From: a virus
Taxonomy: Duplodnaviria; Caudoviricetes
Strand: one strand, 5' to 3'
IMG/VR virus record: IMGVR_UViG_3300035182_001152
DNA length: 64,000 bases
Below the pieces are notes generated by a model that made no database searches, was not told where the DNA came from, and saw only the letters and a list, made by a program, of their open reading frames with translations. Of the stretch, positions 9,378-18,438 are shown one piece after another; within the stretch, counting starts at the first letter, position 1, and each line of letters begins with the position of its first letter. Made by a program: the position numbers and the translations under genes.

Positions 9378-9966
9378 GTGGGTTACTTTGCTGGATAAGC
9401 CAAATGCTGTCAAAGTTGGCCGCACAATGGGCATTTGTATGGGAAACCCAGCAGATCAATCATACATCCACATGCACGCGGATAGGTTAGTTGCACATTG
9501 TCTTGAAGATTCAAACGGCGTTGCGACTGCTGTATTCTTCCATCACCCTGAATGGGATGCTGTGTCAGCAATTGGTGGAATTCGTGCCGTACCTTTCAAC
9601 AATGGTGAATTTGCTGTGGAGTTTTGTCAACGCTTCAACGAGCTTGGTGTAAAGCGAACGCTTAACTCCTCTGCTCGCAGGGCGGGTTACTGCCAAGTCA
9701 ACGGTTCGTGGACGAATACTCACTTGTTTTCAGAGGGGATGGTTGTTGATCATCCCCTTAATTTGACCAACTTTACCCGACTTCACTCCCTACCCGACAA
9801 CATGACCGTCAACGGTGATCTAATCCTGGCTCGCACGAGTCTGGTATATCTTCCCAAGAATCTGACCGTCAAAGGAACGCTCGATATTCGGTTCAGTCCA
9901 ATCTGGACGCGTCCCGAGGGTCTCAACGTTGAAAAAATTCGTACACACGCCGGAAAAGTGCTGTAA
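9361..9966 (+). CDS. Hypothetical protein with C-terminal LRR-like repeats
   Basis: LPDNMTVNGDLIL / LPKNLTVKGTLDI repeats; start refined to 9361. Confidence 0.7.
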   Translation: MSTTYKWVTLLDKPNAVKVGRTMGICMGNPADQSYIHMHADRLVAHCLEDSNGVATAVFFHHPEWDAVSAIGGIRAVPFNNGEFAVEFCQRFNELGVKRTLNSSARRAGYCQVNGSWTNTHLFSEGMVVDHPLNLTNFTRLHSLPDNMTVNGDLILARTSLVYLPKNLTVKGTLDIRFSPIWTRPEGLNVEKIRTHAGKVL

Positions 9967-9975
9967 AGGAACACC

Positions 9976-10374
9976 ATGTCACAACCAAAAATTCACGCAA
10001 GTGCACTATCTCTGACGGAGGCTTTTCAAGTGGTAGCCAGTGACGAAACCACAGCTCTAACAACGGGCGCTGCAAAGGTAACGTTTCGGATGCCTTATGC
10101 ATTTACGTTGACATATGTGCGCGGTTCTCTGACGACAGCGCAGGCCTCTGGCACCCCGGTTCAGTTTGATGTAAAGATGAACGGCACATCGATTTTTTCA
10201 ACGCTCCCAACGTTTGACAATACGGAAAAGACAACGACAACTGCAGCTACACCAGGTGTATTGTCAAACACCACATTGACGGACGATTCAGAAATCACTG
10301 TTAGCGTCACTGCTGTAGACGGAGCCACTGCTGCAGCTGGATTGAAGGTTTCCTTGATTGGTGCTCGTGCATGA
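9976..10374 (+). CDS. Small virion/tail-associated beta protein
   Basis: Thr-rich, ASDETTALTTG..KVTFRMPYAFTL pattern seen in phage tail proteins; AAGGA RBS. Confidence 0.6.
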   Translation: MSQPKIHASALSLTEAFQVVASDETTALTTGAAKVTFRMPYAFTLTYVRGSLTTAQASGTPVQFDVKMNGTSIFSTLPTFDNTEKTTTTAATPGVLSNTTLTDDSEITVSVTAVDGATAAAGLKVSLIGARA

Positions 10375-11083
10375 TTTCATTCTGAAAGCGACCATTACGT
10401 CGCCTCCGCTTGTCAATCCAACATTTTCAAACGTAGTGCTGTTGATGCACATGGATGGGACAAACGGTAGTACCACATTTACAGACAGCAGTACAACTAC
10501 CAAGACTGCTGTAGCAGGCGGCGCCGCATCAATCAGCACTGCCTCGCTGAAGTTCGGTACGGGCGCGGCGTCTATCTACAACTCCAGTACAGGCAAGGTT
10601 ACTGTCAACTATCACACCGACTTTGAGTTTGGTTCTGGCGACTTTACCATTGAATTCTGGGTGTATTTTACCGACCTGTCATCGTATCCAATGATTATCA
10701 TCAAGAGTACGGGTACGGGTTACTCCCCGTGGACTGTTTTCGTCAATGGTGGATACTTCTGCGCCCGCGTGTTTGATGACGGCACTACACCAACTAAGCA
10801 AGTAGACATTACAGGAACAACAGCAGTGACTACGGGCACGTGGTATTTTGTTCAGCTACGTCGCCGCAGCAACGTCTTCGCTCTAGCCGTTAACGGTGTG
10901 CAAGAGGCTACCACATCTGCTTTGACGTCCTTCAATGTATTCTCTTCAACAGCTGACATTACGCTTGGTAACTATCCGTCAGGCACGGACTCCCCACTGT
11001 ACGGATATATCGACGATCTGCGGTTGATTAAGGGCCAATCTATGGACTTTAACCTGCCAACAGCTGCGTTCCCGAACAGCTAA
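10358..11083 (+). CDS. LamG/concanavalin A-like lectin domain tail protein
   Basis: NVVLLMHMDG, DFEFGSGDFTIEFWVY, GYIDDLRLIKG; start uncertain (ATG 10371 gives only MISF-stop). Confidence 0.8.
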   Translation: MVLVHDFILKATITSPPLVNPTFSNVVLLMHMDGTNGSTTFTDSSTTTKTAVAGGAASISTASLKFGTGAASIYNSSTGKVTVNYHTDFEFGSGDFTIEFWVYFTDLSSYPMIIIKSTGTGYSPWTVFVNGGYFCARVFDDGTTPTKQVDITGTTAVTTGTWYFVQLRRRSNVFALAVNGVQEATTSALTSFNVFSSTADITLGNYPSGTDSPLYGYIDDLRLIKGQSMDFNLPTAAFPNS

Positions 11084-11104
11084 AGCAAATAGTATGATGT
11101 CAAG

Positions 11105-11683
11105 ATGGATATTGACATCGACTTCAAGACAACGTTTGACCCGTGCCGCATTATGAGGCAGGCCATTCCTGCTTCTATGGTCAAAAATGGTGCACTCGTA
11201 AAGCACAACTGTGGGCACTACTTTCAGCAAATTCCAATTGACAAAGTCACGGGATTTGCTGCGATTCCGTATGAAGAGGCGGAAGCTCTTGGGTATTTTA
11301 AGATCGACTTCCTACACTTGTCCGTGTTGGATTCGTTCGACAGCAAGGCTGAAATGCGCGAGATGCTTCAGCGAGAGCCTGATTGGTCAATATTGCTCGA
11401 TGAATCGCAAGTGCCAAAGTTGTTCCACGTTGGTAAGTATGCTGATTTGCTCACACGAATCAAACCAAACTCCGTGCAACAGTTGGCGGATTGTCTTGCC
11501 TTGATTCGCCCTGCGAAGAGATACTTGCTGAGCAAGTATATGAAAGATAAGGACAGCCTGGCCACCCGACGTGAACTATATCAAAAGGTTGAAGGCGCCT
11601 ACTACTTCAAGAAGTCACACGCTATCTCTTACGCGTTAACCATTACACTGCAACTGCACCTAATCTCTCAAGGTCGCCTATAA
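11105..11683 (+). CDS. DNA polymerase III alpha (DnaE)-like fragment
   Basis: MDIDIDF, FKIDFL, LALIRP, YYFKKSHAISYA motifs in only 192 aa. Confidence 0.8.
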   Translation: MDIDIDFKTTFDPCRIMRQAIPASMVKNGALVKHNCGHYFQQIPIDKVTGFAAIPYEEAEALGYFKIDFLHLSVLDSFDSKAEMREMLQREPDWSILLDESQVPKLFHVGKYADLLTRIKPNSVQQLADCLALIRPAKRYLLSKYMKDKDSLATRRELYQKVEGAYYFKKSHAISYALTITLQLHLISQGRL

Positions 11684-11686
11684 ATA
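11679..11686 (+). promoter_or_regulatory. T4-like late promoter TATAAATA
   Basis: Exact T4 late consensus 22 nt before ATG 11708. Confidence 0.65.
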
Positions 11687-11707
11687 CCCCCAACAACGGA
11701 GATTCAC

Positions 11708-12151
11708 ATGCGACTTTTGACAGCAATGCACCCAACAGATAACCAGAAGCGAGTTCTTGCTAAGATCGCCGCCGCTCCTACGCCTACAGTGGCAGCTTCA
11801 GAGATTTCAGCTGATGCAAATCTGGTTGCTGCACGTAATCTGCTGATGAAGCTCGGCATGATCACGTACACTGATGGCAACGCAGAAATGACCGACCAAG
11901 GTCGCAAGGTCGCGACCGACGAAAACATCATCGACCAGGGTGGCGAATTGACGCAGGCTGGTCAGCAGCTTGCCTACTCTGACTCTCAGGGTCAACAGAC
12001 ACCAGACAATGGTGCATCGCCACCCGCTGGGGCTGATGCTGGTCTTGACAGCATGGCGGGGCCGGATGATATGGGAGGCGCTCCGGGAGGAGACCCATTC
12101 AGCATGGAAAGCTACCAGCCAATGTCACTCCTCAAAGAACTGCTCGGCTGA
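11708..12151 (+). CDS. Hypothetical late protein, acidic/Gly-rich C-terminus
   Basis: GGAG RBS, late promoter upstream. Confidence 0.7.
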   Translation: MRLLTAMHPTDNQKRVLAKIAAAPTPTVAASEISADANLVAARNLLMKLGMITYTDGNAEMTDQGRKVATDENIIDQGGELTQAGQQLAYSDSQGQQTPDNGASPPAGADAGLDSMAGPDDMGGAPGGDPFSMESYQPMSLLKELLG

Positions 12152-12640
12152 GGAGCGCGTGCTCATTTCCACGCTTGGTGGAATTGGCTTGCGGCGGCGG
12201 CGCTTAATGCTTTTGACTGTTCCCATTGGATACTTGGGAACCGGACCAATGATTCGAGATACAAACTCGATATTGAGTGCACGGTACACTCGCGACGTCA
12301 TGGGTGTCATTCCACGACGAGAGAACTCAATTGAGATTGGATAGTTACCACGATTTGTGGTGTACCATTCTGTCGCTGCTTGAATTACCACTTCTTCGTT
12401 GACGTGCTCAGGGCCGCACAAATCCAGCACATAAGCGCGGATCACTTCATCGTCTGCGTTATCGACAATCACCAGCATCGGCGCCTTTCGATACTGAATC
12501 AGGGTGATGAACGGGAACCCCGCGTAGTCCTTAGGATGTGGTTCTACGATCAGAGGAACTGAGGACTTCTTCCCTTCTCCTGCGGGAACACGTCCCTTTG
12601 TAGCAGGCTTTGGTGTAGTAGTCGCTTTCTTTATGGCCAT
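12125..12640 (-). CDS. Hypothetical phage protein
   Basis: Start refined to 12640 (GGAG RBS; ATAAATA at 12667-12661). Confidence 0.7.
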   Translation of the reverse strand: MAIKKATTTPKPATKGRVPAGEGKKSSVPLIVEPHPKDYAGFPFITLIQYRKAPMLVIVDNADDEVIRAYVLDLCGPEHVNEEVVIQAATEWYTTNRGNYPISIEFSRRGMTPMTSRVYRALNIEFVSRIIGPVPKYPMGTVKSIKRRRRKPIPPSVEMSTRSSAEQFFEE

Positions 12641-12752
12641 ATGATTCTCCGAGTTGCGGCTATTTATGGCACGGTTACACAGGGGGCAATACAGTATCAG
12701 GGTATTGGTGCCAGGTGAAAAAGTGCAGGTAAATATCCGAACAGGAGATTTT

Positions 12753-13373
12753 ATGGCCTTCACACTACCAAAACTTGAATACGCCCAGGACGCACTCGAG
12801 CCTCACATTTCGAAGGAAGTGGTCCACTTCCACTACGACAAGCACACAAAAAAGTACTTCGAAAAGGCCAACGAATTGGCAAAGGGCACTGTGTTTGCAT
12901 CGAAATCGCTCGATGATGTGATTTCGAAGACGTCAGTTCTCAAAATGGATACGGCGCTATTTAACAACGTCAGTCAGGCGTTTAATCATGCCTTTTACTG
13001 GAAATGCCTAGCTCCTACCGATAAGGTTGGGAAGCCATCAGAGGCGCTTGCCGAAGCGATTAAGGAGCAGTTTGAAACTGTGGCCAAATTTAAGGCAGAA
13101 TTTATCGAGCAAGCTACGAAAGCATTTGGTTCTGCATGGGTCTGGGCTGTGTTGAAGGACGGCAAGGTCCAAATTAAGACCACCCCAAATGCCAACTCTC
13201 CGCTAACTGAGCAGAACTCAATTCCGTTATTCGTGTGCGATGTGTGGGAGCATGCATGGCTGTATGATGAGAAATTTTGGGCTAATAAGCCAGCTTACCT
13301 CCAGGCCTTCTGGCATGTGTTAAACTGGAACTTTGTTAACGAGAACTTCGAGAATGCCACGACCACCAAATAA
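12753..13373 (+). CDS. sodB: Fe superoxide dismutase
   Basis: Metal ligands in HYDKH, FNHAFYW, DVWEHA; Fe-type SQAFNH and NANSP signatures; AGGAG RBS. Confidence 0.92.
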   Translation: MAFTLPKLEYAQDALEPHISKEVVHFHYDKHTKKYFEKANELAKGTVFASKSLDDVISKTSVLKMDTALFNNVSQAFNHAFYWKCLAPTDKVGKPSEALAEAIKEQFETVAKFKAEFIEQATKAFGSAWVWAVLKDGKVQIKTTPNANSPLTEQNSIPLFVCDVWEHAWLYDEKFWANKPAYLQAFWHVLNWNFVNENFENATTTK

Positions 13374-13940
13374 ATTCCGAGAAGCTGCAAGGTTGATGCA
13401 CAGTGTTCGGTTTTTGATCCAACCCCGTGCCCAAAGGGCCACGTTGCAGAACGCCTAACCTCTAGTGGAATCTGCGTTGTTTGCAATAACGAAAAGACAA
13501 AGCGCCTGTATCACAGTAACGCAAAAATTCGCGCACGAGCTTGCGAAACTAGTCGAGCCCACCATGAAAATGTTGGCACCAAATGGTATCACGACAATAA
13601 AGTTCGTGCCTCCCAATTAAACAAGGCGTGGAGGGAAGAACACCGAGATGAGTTCAGCAAATATACGGTTCAGTGGCGCCGAGCTAACCTCGACAAGTTA
13701 ACAAAAAATGCAAGCGCTTATCGTGCATCAAAGCTGCTGGCTACCCCTTCTTGGGCCGATCACGATAAGATTCAGCAATTCTACACTGAAGCTCAGCGGC
13801 TGACTAAAGAAACTGGAATCAAGTACACAGTGGATCACCAGATTCCATTGAACAGTGATCTCGTTTGTGGATTGCACGTAGAGCACAACCTACAGCTGCT
13901 AACGCTGTCGGAGAATAGTGCCAAAGGTAACAGATTATGA
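13354..13940 (+). pseudogene. HNH endonuclease with frameshift (absent from ORF track)
   Basis: Manual translation: MPRPPNKFREAARLMHSVRF / DPTPCPKGHVAER..CVVC ... VDHQIPLNSDLVCGLHVEHNLQLL..ENSAKGNRL; frame change at T5 13411-13415. Confidence 0.8.
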
Positions 13941-14749
13941 TTGACGAAGAACAACTGACAGAAGAGCAGATTGACGCTCGTATTGCCGAGAAGAAGGCGG
14001 AATCAAAGCCGCGAGGCCGTCCCAAGAACGCAAGTTACCTTCCGTGGGAAGAAGCTCGCGAATTCGTTCGTGGAGAAATGTTGCCGTCGCGCGGCAAGTA
14101 CTTTGAATGGTGGGACCGCAATAAGCCAAAGACAATCCCCCGCTTCCCATACCGCGTATACACTGGTGAGAACGAATGGGTTTCGTGGAACGATTTTCTC
14201 GGCACGAACAACAAGTTCAACGACAAGGTTGGGACGAAGTGGCGACCATTCTTGGAAGCAACTGGATGGGCTCTCAAACTCAACCTGAAGTCTCAAGGCG
14301 AGTGGATGGAATACTGTAGGATTGAGGACCAGCTACCAAAGGACATTCCTGCCCGCCCCGACCTCGTCTATGACGAATGGCGTAGCTGGGGACATTGGCT
14401 TGGTAACCGCCCCGTTGAAGCAATTCAAGCTAAGCAGGAAGTTGCACAAAAAGTTCAAGTGTTCTACATTATCCACGATCCGGAACATGCAGCACAAAAC
14501 ATTCTACGCTTTGGTGTTGATCCGGCAGGCCTGACGTCTATGAAGGCTCGCTGGGAAGACCAACAGTTTACAATCGTTAAACTGTTCTGGTATGATCCTG
14601 CGAAGAGTGCGATTATCAATCAGATCGTCGAAACCTTCTCACGACCATACCAGGGAAATACCAGCGAGCGCATCGTTCCCAATGTGTGGGAAATTGTGTA
14701 CCATCTTCAGATGCATCTGGACCAGATTACATCCAAAGACGTACAGTGA
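13937..14749 (+). CDS. Integrase-repeat (INT_rpt-like) protein
   Basis: Two repeats of the form PxxPxxVYxxEWxSWxxxLG. Confidence 0.65.
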   Translation: MIDEEQLTEEQIDARIAEKKAESKPRGRPKNASYLPWEEAREFVRGEMLPSRGKYFEWWDRNKPKTIPRFPYRVYTGENEWVSWNDFLGTNNKFNDKVGTKWRPFLEATGWALKLNLKSQGEWMEYCRIEDQLPKDIPARPDLVYDEWRSWGHWLGNRPVEAIQAKQEVAQKVQVFYIIHDPEHAAQNILRFGVDPAGLTSMKARWEDQQFTIVKLFWYDPAKSAIINQIVETFSRPYQGNTSERIVPNVWEIVYHLQMHLDQITSKDVQ

Positions 14750-15184
14750 TTACACGGGTAGGATTAGGTCAGCAACTTCACTGATGCTGAACTGAAGTTG
14801 CTCACCAAAGTATACGATCCCGTCAGCGTCGCCCAACTGAGCTAGCGCTGATTGGACCATATCGAGAGCGCGAAACATCATCATGTCATCCGTTGTTGAT
14901 GACACGTTAATGCAAACATCGATATCATCGCCCTTAATCTCAACAAACTCGCGGACGAACGTTTTCTGAGAAGAGATTAGGCTGAGGGCTGCTGCTTTGA
15001 TTGCCTCCTCCGACAATTCAATTCCTACCTCCGTTAGGTAGTTTGCAGCAACTTCATATGCGTGGGCAACAAACTCGCTTCGTGCTGTAATGACGCGCAC
15101 ATCTTCAAATGGATCATTTGTTGATGCTGCAGCAAATACAACTTCCGGCCAACTGATCGGGGCGTCAGACAATAACCGCGTCAT
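14750..15184 (-). CDS. Hypothetical protein
   Basis: ORF; start refined to 15184. Confidence 0.6.
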   Translation of the reverse strand: MTRLLSDAPISWPEVVFAAASTNDPFEDVRVITARSEFVAHAYEVAANYLTEVGIELSEEAIKAAALSLISSQKTFVREFVEIKGDDIDVCINVSSTTDDMMMFRALDMVQSALAQLGDADGIVYFGEQLQFSISEVADLILPV

Positions 15185-15512
15185 CAACTGCACCTTGAAT
15201 CGTGGGGACTGAGTACTTTGTTGGAGCACTGAAGGATGTGTCGACTGTCACTTCCTCTGCCGGCATTTGAAGGGCGCGCTTTTGCGCCTCGAGGCTCTGC
15301 ATCGTGCCAACCAACTGAAGGACTTCCTTGCTGACGTCCTTGAACTTCTTACTGAAGTACTTCTTCTTGGTTTGCGTCTTTGAGCCGTCAATGGCCTTGC
15401 GATATTGAGAGGCTAGACCTACTAGGATCTGGAGTCTCTGTTCAACAACGCCGTGCCAATGATCGAGGCGATCGTCACGTGCAGCGTTGCTGATTTCTGA
15501 ATTGCGGTTCAT
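15165..15512 (-). CDS. Hypothetical protein
   Basis: GGAG RBS before ATG 15512. Confidence 0.65.
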   Translation of the reverse strand: MNRNSEISNAARDDRLDHWHGVVEQRLQILVGLASQYRKAIDGSKTQTKKKYFSKKFKDVSKEVLQLVGTMQSLEAQKRALQMPAEEVTVDTSFSAPTKYSVPTIQGAVDDAVIV

Positions 15513-15585
15513 AACGTCTCCTGTTGTTATTGGAGACAATATACAGGAAGACCCACTAAACTTCAACAATCTAGTGGGTCTTGGA

Positions 15586-16218
15586 TCAGTTTGGAAGGCC
15601 GCGAATCAAGATCATCTCAGCGTTGCCAGCTGACCAGATTTCGTATGTTTGAGATCCGTCTGGTGACGCTGTCTTGTTGGGCGGAATGTCAGTCCCTGCA
15701 AGGATTGCCTTTTTGACGTTCAGCTCATCACGGAGCGTTGAAACGTTGTACACCCACAGCTCCTCAAATGTGCCGTCTTCGGTGTTGCGTTTGTACACCA
15801 AGTGTGCGTCTTTGACAGTGCGGATTAGACCCTGACGATCGGGATCTTCAGTAGCATCACCCGCTAATCCGTCTAGCTCCGGGTGCTCATCCTCACCTTC
15901 TGCTTGGTCGTTAGCCTCAGGCTCTCCCAGGTCATATTCTTCATCAGATGGGCCGTCGCTAGGTGTCCCGACAACACCTCCACCAGAGCCTCCTGCGGGA
16001 GGTGTGAACGGGGCACCTTCATCGGGAGGGCCCATCTCACCAGCAGGCAGCTCATCGTCCTCCGGCTCGCCCAGAGTGGTGTCGTATTCGAAGTCGTCCG
16101 AAGGTTCGCTGTCTGTCGGTTCTTCTGAGCTGAGATCCAGCTCGTCATCGCCCGTAGGTTGATCCTCAGGCTCGACGAGCCTACGAACACCCTTCAGCAC
16201 TTCTCGCAAAAATTCCAT
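15586..16218 (-). CDS. Acidic late protein with globular C-terminal domain
   Basis: Asp/Glu/Pro-rich N-half; late promoter and RBS hairpin upstream. Confidence 0.75.
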   Translation of the reverse strand: MEFLREVLKGVRRLVEPEDQPTGDDELDLSSEEPTDSEPSDDFEYDTTLGEPEDDELPAGEMGPPDEGAPFTPPAGGSGGGVVGTPSDGPSDEEYDLGEPEANDQAEGEDEHPELDGLAGDATEDPDRQGLIRTVKDAHLVYKRNTEDGTFEELWVYNVSTLRDELNVKKAILAGTDIPPNKTASPDGSQTYEIWSAGNAEMILIRGLPN

Positions 16219-16223
16219 AACAA

Positions 16224-16251
16224 CCCCTCATGATTAGTGAGGGGTATTTAT
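16224..16251 (-). promoter_or_regulatory. Late promoter ATAAATA plus SD-sequestering hairpin
   Basis: Minus strand ATAAATA-CCCCTCA-ctaatca-TGAGGGG-ttgtt-ATG. Confidence 0.6.
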
Positions 16252-16253
16252 GT

Positions 16254-17321
16254 TTAGCAGAAATGATGACGGCCAAACATCTTGACCCAGATGTGCTTTG
16301 ACTTCTCGACGTATGCCTTCAGAGAGAGTTCATTCATGAACACATTCCAGCGCTTGAAGCGCCATGCCCACAGCATTGCTTTAGCGATGTCCTCTGAGCC
16401 AGTTGGATCACAAATGCCAGCCTTTGCCCACGGAACTTCACGCGACATTACCATTGGGACGCCGCACATAATCATGTCAGCAGCGACAATGTTGAACGTT
16501 TCAGAGAAGCTGACTTGCATGCCAAGGTCCATGTCCTTGATGATCTCAATGAACTTGTCATGTGGCGTCCATTGGTGACATACCAACTCGTGGCCTTCAT
16601 CGGCGAGACCGGCAAATAGGCCCTGCAGATTGTGCAGAATTGGATCACCCTTACCCTCAATGCGGCCGATGTTGATGTGGAATCGCAGCTTTTTGCCAAT
16701 TTCCTCTGCAAACTTCAGGGCAGCGATTGCCTGCACAAGGTGATTCTTTAGAGGACGGATGGCACCAAAGCACGAAACGTCAACATACTCACCGTGATCG
16801 TGCTTACGGGGAGCGTGGCACCTATCAACAGGGTAGTAGTTTGGCATGTAGCGAATGCGATCTTCAATCTCATCTTCGCTGTAACCAGCAGCGGACATCA
16901 CGTCTTCCAGCTCGCGCATAAAGCGTGGAGCATTGACGCCAAACTTAACGGTTGGATACTTCAGATAACCAAAGAACCAACGCATTGCAATTCCTTCCAT
17001 TGCAATGAAAGGGGCTTCACTGTGGAAACGAACGATCCACTGCACTTTTGGGTGCAACTTGGACAGCACTTCAAACTTCTCCGGAACAACCCAGAGAGCT
17101 TCGATAATCACGTGTGTTGGCTTGTATGCAGTAACTTCGCGGTCGATGCAATTATTGTCAACAACCACTACAACTTTCGCTTCAATGCCAGCGTCAACTA
17201 GCATGTCACAAACGAAAGTGGCTGAATTTAGCAAGCCGGTCGAAATTCCGTGCTCACTGTATGATGGATCCTGGCAGTAATCTTCCCGACGCTTGAGGAT
17301 AAAAAGGACGCGCGTTGTCAT
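16254..17321 (-). CDS. Glycosyltransferase-like protein (GT-B type)
   Basis: FGAIRPLKNH, SFSETFNIVAAD..CGVP motifs; start refined to 17321. Confidence 0.75.
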   Translation of the reverse strand: MTTRVLFILKRREDYCQDPSYSEHGISTGLLNSATFVCDMLVDAGIEAKVVVVVDNNCIDREVTAYKPTHVIIEALWVVPEKFEVLSKLHPKVQWIVRFHSEAPFIAMEGIAMRWFFGYLKYPTVKFGVNAPRFMRELEDVMSAAGYSEDEIEDRIRYMPNYYPVDRCHAPRKHDHGEYVDVSCFGAIRPLKNHLVQAIAALKFAEEIGKKLRFHINIGRIEGKGDPILHNLQGLFAGLADEGHELVCHQWTPHDKFIEIIKDMDLGMQVSFSETFNIVAADMIMCGVPMVMSREVPWAKAGICDPTGSEDIAKAMLWAWRFKRWNVFMNELSLKAYVEKSKHIWVKMFGRHHFC

Positions 17322-17353
17322 ATAAATCTCCGTGTGATGAGGCCCATACGTAT

Positions 17354-17596
17354 TTACAATTGAGACAATGCACACACGAGAAGAGCGGCAACGTTGCCGC
17401 TCTTCTCGTGGTTTTGTTCGCTGTGAACTTCAATTTTCGTCGTCAGACACCCCACCAACCCTTGAAGGTTGGTAGACGTGGACGTATTGATCGTGACTTG
17501 TGCCCGGTTCAACGAACCGTGGTTGGTGTTCGGTCGTGGTGTTGAAATGCTGATCCGCTTCGGACCATGATTGAAAATCGTCACCTTTGTAGTCAT
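17354..17596 (-). CDS. Small hypothetical protein
   Basis: ORF only; 3' end runs through 36-bp palindrome. Confidence 0.35.
   Translation of the reverse strand: MTTKVTIFNHGPKRISISTPRPNTNHGSLNRAQVTINTSTSTNLQGLVGCLTTKIEVHSEQNHEKSGNVAALLVCALSQL
17375..17410. repeat. 36-bp perfect palindrome
   Basis: CACGAGAAGAGCGGCAACGTTGCCGCTCTTCTCGTG equals its own reverse complement. Confidence 0.95.
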
Positions 17597-17676
17597 TCTT
17601 TTCTCTTCTAGATAGCGTACCAATGATGAAGACATTCGTCAATTAACTATAAATAGAACGAAGAGGAATTTCACTA

Positions 17677-18411
17677 ATGACACAGTACTACACCTATGTT
17701 CTAACCAATTCTCTAGATGGTCAACCGTTTTATGTGGGTGAGGGCTCCGGAAGTCGGATGTACCAGCACTTACGTGAAGCTGAACGGCAAGACACAACCA
17801 AACGTAGCGTCCACTACAAAATTCTCAGCCTTAAAGAGAAGGGCGGCCACGTCATCTACGCGAAGGTGGAGTGGGAAACAGAGCAGCAAGCATTTGACGA
17901 GGAGAAGCGCCTAATTGCATTGCATGGTCGTAAGGATCTCGGAACCGGACCACTGTGCAACCTAACTGACGGCGGTGAAGGCGCTCAACGTAGTCGGGAA
18001 AGTGTTGAGCGAACAGCCGCTGCACATCGCGGCATGAAACGATCAACAGAAACAAAATTGCGGATGAAGGAAGCGCAACTCCAGGTAGCTGCAAAGTGCC
18101 GTGAACAGTGGGGGATCGGAAAAAGTCCAGAGTCTGAGCAGAAGCGCGTGGCTAAACGCAAAGATGTTCCGTGGAGCGAGAATGCAAGGAATGTAAAGCG
18201 AGAAAAGCCTACGGCCATCCCGGTACAGGCATTCAAAAAGGATACAGGCGAATTAGTCGGTGAATGGGAATCTATGGCTCTGTGCGCCAAGGAGTTGAAT
18301 TGCGACCTAGCTGCCATATGGAAGATTTTGTCAGGATTTATGTCGAAAGCACCCGACGGTACGATGCGTCCGTATAAATCCCACAAAGGCTACACCTTTA
18401 GGTACAAATAA
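17677..18411 (+). mobile_element. Free-standing GIY-YIG homing endonuclease with NUMOD-like C-terminus
   Basis: YTYVL..PFYVGEGSGSRMYQH, EKRLI, LCNLTDGGEG; TATAAATA at 17648. Confidence 0.85.
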
Positions 18412-18437
18412 AAAGAGGACCGTTAGGTCCTCTTTTT
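18410..18437. terminator. Bidirectional intrinsic terminator
   Basis: AAAAAGAGGACC-gtta-GGTCCTCTTTTT between convergent genes. Confidence 0.85.
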
Positions 18438-18438
18438 A

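Noticed and set aside
10371-10385. Programmed frameshift at start of LamG gene (ATG ATT TCA TTC TGA)
   Set aside because: In-frame TTG/GTG starts at 10358-10367 explain the gene without recoding; no slippery site seen.
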